From Dehalococcoidia bacterium (GTDB lineage Bacteria; Chloroflexota; Dehalococcoidia; SHYD01): 64,000 nt of DNA. Below the pieces are notes generated by a model. That model saw only the letters and a program-made list of their open reading frames with translations. It was not told the DNA's origin and did no database searches. Of the stretch, positions 53,499-61,342 are shown one piece after another (within the stretch, counting starts at the first letter, position 1; every line of letters starts with the position of its first letter). A program made the translations under genes and the position numbers. The stretch is taken from the NCBI GenBank assembly GCA_965261835.1, contig OZ253478.1:1624832-1688831 (forward strand), given 5' to 3'.

Positions 53499-54857
53499 TT
53501 GCGTAGGAATTCATGGATACTGGGGATCATCGTCATCCTCATGCTGGCATCGCTCTGGGTAGTGTGGCCGCAGCAACCCAGCAATTACTTGCCCTCCGGC
53601 ATCCCCTGGCCAACCCGAGGCTGGATCCAAGTACAACTTGGCGATTTCGAATTCATACGTAAGGGCATGACCCTGGGGCTGGACCTCCAGGGCGGTGTGG
53701 ACGTGATCCTGGAAGCCGACCTATCACAACAGCCGGTGGGTGAGCGGGATCGGGCGTTGGAAGGCGTGCGAGAGATCTTGGAACGGCGGGTCAACGCCTT
53801 TGGTGTGACCGAGCCCGTCATCCAGATCCAAGGGGAAAACCGCATTGGAGTGCAGCTGCCAGGCGTCCAAAACGTTGAAGAGGCAAAGCAACTCATTGGT
53901 CAAACGGCGCAATTGGACTTCCGCGAGCAGCAGATCACTGAGCAGGGGCGGCAAGTCTGGGTGAAAGCCACCGCTCCCGATGCCACCGGCGTGGAGCAAG
54001 TGCTCACCGGCGCCTACTTTAAGCGCAATACGGCCGTGGTCTTCAACCAACAGACCAACCAGCCAGAGGTGAGCTTTGAGCTTACCGATGAGGGCGCCGT
54101 GCTGTTCCGGCCGATCACCGCCCGGTTGATTCAAAAGCCGCTGGGCATCTTCATGGATGGCCAGCTTATCTCAGCCCCCACCGTGCAAGCGCAGCTCAGC
54201 GACCGCGGCGTGATCACCGGGCTTTCGCTACAGGAAGCGCAGACCCTCGCTATCCAGTTGAATGCGGGCGCCCTGCCGGTGCCGGTCCGGATCATTAAGG
54301 AAACCAACGTGGACGCCACCCTTGGCGCGGACTCGGTGCGGAAGAGCATCATCGCCGGGGAGATCGGTCTCATTGCCGTGCTGATCTTCATGGTGCTGTA
54401 CTATCGTCTGCCTGGTGTCGTTGCCTGTATGGCGCTGTTGGGCTATACGCTCTACGTACTGGCGTTGTTCAAACTGCTGCCGGTCACCCTGACCCTTGCA
54501 GGCATCGCGGCCTTCATCCTCTCCGTGGGCATGGCGGTTGACGCGAACATCCTCATCTTCGAACGGATGAAAGAAGAGATGCGTTCGGGACGAACCCTCG
54601 CATCCGCCATAGACTCCGGGTTTGACCGGGCGTGGCCGTCTATCCGTGATAGTAATGTGGCAACCTTCATTACCTGCATCATCCTCTTCTGGTTTGGGAG
54701 CAACTTCGGCGCTAGCCTAGTCACGGGTTTTGCCGTGACCCTGTTCATCGGCGTGGCCGTGAGCATGTTTAGCGCCATCGTGGTCACCCGGACCTTCCTG
54801 CGCGTATTCGTGGGCCGGAGCACAACGCAACAATCCTGGCTGTTTGGACTAAACTGA
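53499..54857 (+). CDS. secD: protein translocase subunit SecD
   Basis: N-terminal TM segment, periplasmic domain, and C-terminal 6-TM SecDF core (LGYTLYVLALFKLLPVTLTLAGIAAFILSVGMAVDANILIFER). TTG start. Confidence 0.9.
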   Translation: MRRNSWILGIIVILMLASLWVVWPQQPSNYLPSGIPWPTRGWIQVQLGDFEFIRKGMTLGLDLQGGVDVILEADLSQQPVGERDRALEGVREILERRVNAFGVTEPVIQIQGENRIGVQLPGVQNVEEAKQLIGQTAQLDFREQQITEQGRQVWVKATAPDATGVEQVLTGAYFKRNTAVVFNQQTNQPEVSFELTDEGAVLFRPITARLIQKPLGIFMDGQLISAPTVQAQLSDRGVITGLSLQEAQTLAIQLNAGALPVPVRIIKETNVDATLGADSVRKSIIAGEIGLIAVLIFMVLYYRLPGVVACMALLGYTLYVLALFKLLPVTLTLAGIAAFILSVGMAVDANILIFERMKEEMRSGRTLASAIDSGFDRAWPSIRDSNVATFITCIILFWFGSNFGASLVTGFAVTLFIGVAVSMFSAIVVTRTFLRVFVGRSTTQQSWLFGLN

Positions 54858-55885
54858 TGCTGCTCGATTTTATTAGCAAGCGCTACATCTACCTGATCTT
54901 CTCCGCGATCATCATAGTGCCGGGGTTGATATCCCTGGCCATACCGCCGGGGCTGCGGCCCGGCATCGAGTTCACCAGCGGGTCACTGATGACCCTCCGT
55001 TTCGCTGACCCACCGGATCAGGGGCCGCTGCGGGACACCGTAAGCGAGCTCGGCCATCCCGACGCGATCATCCAGCGGACCGGTGAAGGGGATTACCTGA
55101 TACGGACGCGCACCCTAGAGCAAGAGGCCCGTGATACCACCGGCGCGATCACCATCAAGGGCGAGCAACAGCACATTCAGGACACGCTGTGTGCACTGTT
55201 CGGAGGGACGGAGGGTGCGACAACCGAAGGCAGTTACGAGACGGTCTGCCGCCCCCGGCAAACCATGGTGGTACTTAGCTTCGATCAGGTGTCGCCTATC
55301 ATAGCAACGGAGATCGCCCAGAAAGCCGCGCTAGCGGTGCTGGTGGCCTCAGTGTTTATCCTGGCCTACATTAGCTTTGCCTTCCGTCAGGTATCTAATC
55401 CCTTCCGTTACGGCGCCTGTGCCATCTTTGCCCTTATTCACGACGTGCTGGTGGTGGTGGGCGCTTTCTCCATCATGGGCAAGCTCTTCAGTACGGAAAT
55501 CGACTCGCTGTTCATCACCGCAGTGCTAACCGTCATCGGCTTCAGCGTCCACGACACTATCGTGGTATTCGACCGCACCCGTGAGAACACCCGCCGTCTG
55601 CCGGGCCGTGATCTGGCTACCGTGGTTAACGTCAGCCTCAATCAGACCCTTGCCCGCTCACTGACAACCAGCCTTACGCTGATAGTCGCCATCGTTGCGC
55701 TGCTGCTCTTCGGCGGAGTGACCATCCAGAACTTCCTGATCACCCTGCTCATTGGGGTGATCTCAGGGACCTACAGCTCCATCTTCATCGCTAGCCAGCT
55801 GCTGGTGATGTGGGAGATGGGGGAGTTGAACCCCTCTCGCTGGTTCAACCGCGGCGCGCCGGCGCAGCAAGAAGCCGCCCGTTAG
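54857..55885 (+). CDS. secF: protein translocase subunit SecF
   Basis: ATG overlaps the secD stop (TGATG). Conserved SecF TM core (HDVLVVVGAFSIMG...SVHDTIVVFDR). Confidence 0.9.
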   Translation: MLLDFISKRYIYLIFSAIIIVPGLISLAIPPGLRPGIEFTSGSLMTLRFADPPDQGPLRDTVSELGHPDAIIQRTGEGDYLIRTRTLEQEARDTTGAITIKGEQQHIQDTLCALFGGTEGATTEGSYETVCRPRQTMVVLSFDQVSPIIATEIAQKAALAVLVASVFILAYISFAFRQVSNPFRYGACAIFALIHDVLVVVGAFSIMGKLFSTEIDSLFITAVLTVIGFSVHDTIVVFDRTRENTRRLPGRDLATVVNVSLNQTLARSLTTSLTLIVAIVALLLFGGVTIQNFLITLLIGVISGTYSSIFIASQLLVMWEMGELNPSRWFNRGAPAQQEAAR

Positions 55886-55900
55886 CGGAACTACCGCGCA

Positions 55901-55947
55901 GTGACACAGTACAGGGGGCCTTTAAGACGCCCCCTGTACTGTGTCAC
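55901..55947. terminator. long perfect hairpin (18-bp stem) between secF and the convergent HerA-like gene
   Basis: GTGACACAGTACAGGGGG-cctttaagacg-CCCCCTGTACTGTGTCAC. Confidence 0.6.
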
Positions 55948-55995
55948 CTGATTATCTGAATGGGAAATTTACAATCCCACCACTATCGCTTAACA

Positions 55996-57408
55996 CTATC
56001 TTCCAAACAGATCTCGCGCATCGCGTTCCGCCTGTCGCTCTAGTTCCGCCGCTTCCAGAAACCCGAACTCCCGGTAGCTCTCCGGGCTGCCGTATTCCCG
56101 GGTCCGCAACACCACCGGCATGGGCACCGCGTGGCCAAAGATGAGGGCCTGCTGTTTGCTCTCCAGGCGTGACAGCACGCTCCGCAGCTGGCTGGAGCCG
56201 GAGGCCCCGGTCAGCACCGCGGAGAGGTCCTTCTCATCGTCCAGCAGACAGGTGATCTTGGTACCGATCTGCGACAGCACCTCGGGGTCGATAGCGCTGG
56301 GCCGCTGATCCACTACCAGCAGGGTCACTTTGTACTTGCGCATCTCCCGAGCAATGGTGCCAAAGATGGTCTGCCCGGCCATGCGGGGGTTGAGGAACTT
56401 GTGGGCCTCCTCCAAGGTGATCACTAGGTGCGGCGGCTCCGCTGCGGCCTCGCCTAGGGCCCGCTCCATCCGGTCTGCCCAGCGTTGGTAGATGCGGCGG
56501 CTCAGCAGGTTCGCCACCAGCACCTGCGCCAGAGGATTGTTCTTGTACTTGCCGAACTCCAGAACCACGGTCTTGCCCCGCTCCAGGTAGTCCATGAGTT
56601 GCTGAATAGCGTCTCCTTCGACGCCTGGGGTGAGGAACTCCAGCCGAGTCAGATAGCGCAGCCGCCTTTGGAGCGCTTCTATCGCGCCACCGTGGAGGTT
56701 GCTCTGACCGGCCAAGTCCTTTAGGCCTTCGCCATCCATGTCGATGAACGTCCCAAACCAGTCTCGTCCGCCAATGACCCGGCGGATCGCATCGATAGAC
56801 TGCACCGCCACTTCGGAGAGGCCTAGCGCCTCCTGGAGATCGGCGATATCGTCCGGCTCGAGCTCGTGGTACCCGATGCGCACCGTGCCGTCGATATTAA
56901 CCCGGCGGGCGTGGGAGCTCTGCTCGTCCAGAGTGAACACCGTGACCTGGGAGCCAAAGAGCTGCTTCAGGCCCTTTACGCTGCCGTGCACCTCCTCGGT
57001 GGTGCCCATCCAGCCGTACTCGTTGTGCATATCGAAGATAAGCTGGACGCCGGCGCTCTTTTGGAGGATGCCCGCCATGAGAATGCGGGTCAGGAAGGTC
57101 TTGCCGGTGCCCGTCTTGCCGAAAACACCGCTACTGCGTTCCACCAATCGTGGCAGGTTGAGGCGGATCTGGGTGCTATCCATGTCCAGCGGGCTGCCGA
57201 TCCACAGGTGGTCCCGGTCCTCATCGCCGAAGATCCCCTCGATCTCCTCCTTAGTTGCGAAGAACGCGGGCGCATAGTGTGGCGGCACAGTACGCACCGG
57301 ATGGGGCTCCTTGGGCCCCAGTGGTCCCAGCGCCAGGGTGGGTACCAAATGCGCCAGCCCGAAGGTGCCCGCGCCGCGCAGCACCGCCCGCACCAGCGGG
57401 TTGTTCAC
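55996..57408 (-). CDS. HerA/DUF87-family FtsK-like ATPase (ATPase portion; the N-terminal HAS-barrel appears to lie in the adjacent overlapping ORF)
   Basis: Walker A GVFGKTGTGKTFL. HLVITLEEAHKFLNP ... LLVVDQRPSAIDPEVLSQIGTKITCLLDDEKD matches the DUF87/HerA core. GTG start overlaps the stop of the upstream ORF as GTGA. Confidence 0.75.
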   Translation of the reverse strand: MNNPLVRAVLRGAGTFGLAHLVPTLALGPLGPKEPHPVRTVPPHYAPAFFATKEEIEGIFGDEDRDHLWIGSPLDMDSTQIRLNLPRLVERSSGVFGKTGTGKTFLTRILMAGILQKSAGVQLIFDMHNEYGWMGTTEEVHGSVKGLKQLFGSQVTVFTLDEQSSHARRVNIDGTVRIGYHELEPDDIADLQEALGLSEVAVQSIDAIRRVIGGRDWFGTFIDMDGEGLKDLAGQSNLHGGAIEALQRRLRYLTRLEFLTPGVEGDAIQQLMDYLERGKTVVLEFGKYKNNPLAQVLVANLLSRRIYQRWADRMERALGEAAAEPPHLVITLEEAHKFLNPRMAGQTIFGTIAREMRKYKVTLLVVDQRPSAIDPEVLSQIGTKITCLLDDEKDLSAVLTGASGSSQLRSVLSRLESKQQALIFGHAVPMPVVLRTREYGSPESYREFGFLEAAELERQAERDARDLFGR

Positions 57409-57662
57409 GTCCGGCGGCGTGGTGGTGAGCGCTTGATCGGTGCGCCTAGCTCCAGATCGGACACCACGCAGAAGAAGCGGCTCTGCTCACCCTGCACGAT
57501 GGCGTACTGCCCCACCTTCACGTCCTCCAGTGGGACCTCGGCATCCAACCGGAGGTCTAGTCCATCTTTCAGCGACCCGCTGACCACCATACCCAGCGGA
57601 CGCGGCTCCGCGGGGTCCGACTGCGCTGGAGTGTCCGGAAAGAAATCGGAGAACTGGGTCAC
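57405..57662 (-). CDS. small ORF resembling a HAS-barrel (HerA N-terminal) domain; may be the frameshifted 5-prime part of the HerA-like gene
   Basis: GMVVSGSLKDGLDLRLDAEVPLEDVKVGQYAIVQGEQSRFFCVVSDLELG fits the G.V..G.....VG.YV.V....F.GVV barrel pattern. ATGA overlap with the upstream ORF and GTGA overlap with the downstream one. Confidence 0.4.
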   Translation of the reverse strand: MTQFSDFFPDTPAQSDPAEPRPLGMVVSGSLKDGLDLRLDAEVPLEDVKVGQYAIVQGEQSRFFCVVSDLELGAPIKRSPPRRRT

Positions 57663-58252
57663 GCCAGCCGCTCCAACAGCGCGTTCAGCCGCACCGACTC
57701 GCCCCGCAGCAGCGCCACTAGCCGTTTGCCGGCCCGCACCTGGAAGTCCATGCCCTGCGGCCCGCGCACCGCTGCGCCATAGCGGAGGAAGGCGGCGGTT
57801 ACTTCATCAGTGGCGCCCTGGCTCTGCCCTGCCAGCAGCAGTGGCAGAAACCCCAAGGCCTCGGTAAAGTCGGCAACTTCATTCGGTTCGCACACATAAA
57901 CCAGCTGGTGGATCTCCGGCGGCAGCGGCGGGAAATAATGGCTAATCCCGCCGTCCTGGCTGAATCCCAGCACCTTCACATCGAAGTGAGTGCGAAACAG
58001 CTCTTGCAACTGCGGATGCTGCTGGTAAATCTCTGCCATCGAGCTTGCCTCTCGCCCACGCGCCACGGAGCGGCGAGTAGGGTCCAGCGCCTCTGTGGCA
58101 ATGCCGGTGACCACACCGTAGATGGTCACCGCCTCCTCCGGCCCCTGCGCCGCCTTCACCAGCGATCCGAAAGGTGGCGCAGCGTGCAGCGTATGGCTCT
58201 CTGCCGTGTATCCAGCAGTGGCGGTCTGAATAACTTCGCCTATTTTAGACAT
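57659..58252 (-). CDS. hypothetical protein with an N-terminal HAS-barrel-like segment
   Basis: IGEVIQTATAGYTAESHTL...FGSLVKAA...VTIYGVVTGIAT is alignable by eye to the HerA / F1-ATPase N-terminal beta-barrel pattern. The remainder is unknown. Confidence 0.4.
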   Translation of the reverse strand: MSKIGEVIQTATAGYTAESHTLHAAPPFGSLVKAAQGPEEAVTIYGVVTGIATEALDPTRRSVARGREASSMAEIYQQHPQLQELFRTHFDVKVLGFSQDGGISHYFPPLPPEIHQLVYVCEPNEVADFTEALGFLPLLLAGQSQGATDEVTAAFLRYGAAVRGPQGMDFQVRAGKRLVALLRGESVRLNALLERLA

Positions 58253-58277
58253 GAACCGTCCTGCGAGACTCGCTTGC

Positions 58278-59045
58278 TTATTGCACTACCAGCCCGCCGT
58301 CCACGGCCAAAGCGTGGCCGGTGACGAAAGACGCGGCGTCGGAGGAGAGCCACAGCACCGCCTCGGCCACCTCTTCCGAGGTGCACAGGCGACCGCCCGG
58401 TTGCCGCACCATCATCCGCTCCTCCAGCGCCGCGTCCCGTTCCATGTACTGGTTGGTCATGTTAGTGGGGATCCAGCTAGGGCAGACCGCGTTGATCCGG
58501 ATATTCCGTCCGGCGACCTCCACGGCGGAGGCTTTGGTAAGACCCACCACGCCATGCTTGCTGGCGATGTAGGCCACGCCCACGCGGCTGCCGATAAGCC
58601 CGGCCACCGACGCCGTGTTCACGATTGCACCGCCGCCCTGGGCCAGCATTTGCCGCAACTCGTGCTTGACGCAGAGCCAGACGCCCTTGAGATTCACGCC
58701 GATGACCTGATCCCAAACCGCTTCCTGGTAGTCCGCGGCCTGCACGAACATGGTACCGCCGAGGCCGGCGTTGTTGAACGCACAATCCAGCCGCCCGTAG
58801 GCCGCAACCGCCGCTGCCACCAGCGCGGTCACATCGGCGTCTTTAGTGACGTCTGCGGCCACAAAACGGGCGTCCGGTGCGCCAGCGGCCTTGGCCGCGG
58901 CGGCGGTCGCCTGGCCGGCCTCCTCACTCACATCCGAGATGATGAGCTTAGCCCCGGCCTTAGCGTACGCCAATGCCGTCACCCGCCCGATATCACCGCC
59001 ACCGCCCGTAATGAGCACCGACTTACCCCGAAGATCGTCATACAT
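58278..59045 (-). CDS. SDR-family oxidoreductase
   Basis: ITGGGGDIGR Rossmann motif, NNAG, and YIASKHG (YxxxK). Ends 25 bp upstream of the HAS-barrel ORF. Confidence 0.85.
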   Translation of the reverse strand: MYDDLRGKSVLITGGGGDIGRVTALAYAKAGAKLIISDVSEEAGQATAAAAKAAGAPDARFVAADVTKDADVTALVAAAVAAYGRLDCAFNNAGLGGTMFVQAADYQEAVWDQVIGVNLKGVWLCVKHELRQMLAQGGGAIVNTASVAGLIGSRVGVAYIASKHGVVGLTKASAVEVAGRNIRINAVCPSWIPTNMTNQYMERDAALEERMMVRQPGGRLCTSEEVAEAVLWLSSDAASFVTGHALAVDGGLVVQ

Positions 59046-59421
59046 AGCAGCCTCTCTTTGAAACTAACGCACAATCATGCAGCAATAGCTAGCGGTGCGG
59101 CCCATTTTTTCTTGAACGTTCTGAGAAGTCATTCTAGAAATAGTGGCTAACTCGCCTCGCCCTAATTGATACTCACTCAACCCGCTCTGTTGTTACCCGT
59201 ACCTCATTAGCGGGTGCTTCCACACACTCGATACCTAGGGTACCATCCCATAGTAACGGCGGGCACAATAGTTGAGCACTACGCTATTACGAGCCAGGAT
59301 ATGGCAGCAGCATAGTGGTTACCGCTCCTTTGAGAGGAGACCTCTAGTGAGCCCGCCGACCTTGTGGGGCTTGCCGGACTGGGGCCTAGGCGAGGGGTGA
59401 AAAGGGCTCGATGCTGCTCGC

Positions 59422-60459
59422 TTAGGAATAGGGCACCCGCTTGCTGACCGATTTGGCCGAGTGCGCCACCGGCAACCCCTGCGCCTCCATCCGGCGCGAG
59501 ACCAGCTGCCAGAAGGCCTGCCGGTCCGCCTCGGTCACCACTGCCTGCTGATGCGCCTCCATCAACGCCACGGGATACCCGAAGTTCCGGCGGCACTGGT
59601 CCACCACCGCGGCGTGAGTGAAGTCGAGCAGATCGGGGTTGTAGCGCACCCAGGCCGGCACCTCCACGCGGCCGATCTCCCAGCCCGTGTTCACGTAGAA
59701 GTACCAGATCTGGTTCTCCGTTGGCTGGTAATCTTTCAGCAGCAGCCGCTGGCTTTTGAATACCTCCGAACGGCCACCTTCCGGGAGCACACTGAACACG
59801 TCTCGGTCCAGCAGCTCCCGCTCGGTCTTGGGATAATCCACCACTTTCTCGAGGTACTCCCTGCTCCGCGGCGCCGACGCGTAGCTGGCTACCGCCAGCG
59901 TTCTCGCCTGCGCCAACAGCCGAAGCTGGTCCAGGTAGTCGACATATTGCTTGACATAAAGCTCCGTATCGCTCTGGTAGCTGTAGATCCACAGCATCAA
60001 CGACCCATCTTGGAGCGCAAGTGCAGGGGCATCGTCCGGCGTGGCTTTGGTCAGCTTCAGCAGGCCCTCCAGCTCAGCCACCGAGCGCTCCAGATCGATG
60101 TGAATGCGTCCGGCTGTCTCCGCCGAGTCGTCATCCACCGGCTCTTGCGGGCTTGCCGAGGCGTCTTCGGCGGCAAGGCGCGGTGAGCTGGACAGCGCAG
60201 CATGAGAGACAGGTCCGTACCGCAGCGTAACTTCCCCCACATTGATCAGATAGCACTGTAGCGGGGCGTGGCGGTCCAGCTCTATCTGCGAGCCATCGGT
60301 GGCAAGGGTAACGTACTCGTCGGGTGGGGTTGGGCGGGGGACCATGGTTAGGCCCTGCTGAAGCCGCAGCAGCGCCTCCTGGTAGTCCTTTCCCGCTGGC
60401 GCGCGCCGTTGCAGCAACGGATCTAGCTGCGCATTAACGTGAGCGAGGTCCAGACTCAT
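59422..60459 (-). CDS. NurA-like nuclease (putative)
   Basis: The ATDGSQ motif about 55 residues from the N-terminus, a conserved acidic cluster, a His-containing helix near the C-terminus (ALMEAHQQAV) and a size of 345 aa are consistent with the NurA domain. Lies in the same strand neighbourhood as a HerA-like ATPase. Confidence 0.45.
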   Translation of the reverse strand: MSLDLAHVNAQLDPLLQRRAPAGKDYQEALLRLQQGLTMVPRPTPPDEYVTLATDGSQIELDRHAPLQCYLINVGEVTLRYGPVSHAALSSSPRLAAEDASASPQEPVDDDSAETAGRIHIDLERSVAELEGLLKLTKATPDDAPALALQDGSLMLWIYSYQSDTELYVKQYVDYLDQLRLLAQARTLAVASYASAPRSREYLEKVVDYPKTERELLDRDVFSVLPEGGRSEVFKSQRLLLKDYQPTENQIWYFYVNTGWEIGRVEVPAWVRYNPDLLDFTHAAVVDQCRRNFGYPVALMEAHQQAVVTEADRQAFWQLVSRRMEAQGLPVAHSAKSVSKRVPYS

Positions 60460-60556
60460 TGTGACTCCTCTACAGGGGGACGAACGGGTTCGACAGGCTC
60501 AAAGTGGGCGGGGGGAAACCAAGCCCATCGCCAATGCCAGCGTGACGACATGTGGC

Positions 60557-61342
60557 CTAGCGCCAGGGTGGCGGGCCGGCGGTCTGGAAGGTGCGGTAGA
60601 GCATGTGGTATGTGCCGTTCATGAAATCGACACACTCCCGCAGCAGCACGCGGCAGATCTGCAGACCGTCCACGGTGTAGCGCAGCGGACCAGCGCGCTT
60701 GAACTCGGGCAACCAAACCCGCCAGCGCAACCCGGTCTCATCCGATGCGGTGCGTAGCGGCAGATAACCGCTCTCCCGAAAGACGCTTAGGTAGTTAAAC
60801 GCCAGCCTCAGTGCATTCGCCTGAATACCGGTTAGCCACACCGCCAGCGCCGGATGCGCCGCCTGTACCGTACGCAACGCGGTGCGGCGCGGCGCGGTGA
60901 ACCGGAGCCAGGTACCCGAGCCGGGTTCTATCCCGAACAGGCACTCCACCTCCCAGGCCAGCCGGTCCAGCGCCGCACAGAGTCCGTTGAAATACTGATA
61001 CAGGAACGGTTGGATGCGTGAAGGATCGAGGTGGTTGGCGAGATCGGTAGACTGCGTAGCCATGACGGAACGTTGGCGATCCTCCCAAGGCTCCAGGGTC
61101 TCGGCAGCTGGGTCTGCGGCGCGCACTGCCGGCGCTTCAGCCGAGGGCGTCTGCGCTGGCAACGGGCGGCGCACCAGCACGTCCAATGCGTTCATCGCTT
61201 GCAGCGCATTAGCCAAGCGTAGCGTCAGCGGGTTGCCACTCTCGCTTTCCAGGGCAAAGGGCGTATCATGCAGCGCCTCACAAAGCAGCTCTTGGTACGG
61301 GAACACGCCCGGCTCATAGGCTTCGTAGTAGTTGTAATTCAC
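60557..61342 (-). CDS. hypothetical protein, translationally coupled to selB
   Basis: 261 aa with coding-like GC3. Its start overlaps the selB stop (ATGA). No recognisable motif. Confidence 0.5.
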   Translation of the reverse strand: MNYNYYEAYEPGVFPYQELLCEALHDTPFALESESGNPLTLRLANALQAMNALDVLVRRPLPAQTPSAEAPAVRAADPAAETLEPWEDRQRSVMATQSTDLANHLDPSRIQPFLYQYFNGLCAALDRLAWEVECLFGIEPGSGTWLRFTAPRRTALRTVQAAHPALAVWLTGIQANALRLAFNYLSVFRESGYLPLRTASDETGLRWRVWLPEFKRAGPLRYTVDGLQICRVLLRECVDFMNGTYHMLYRTFQTAGPPPWR

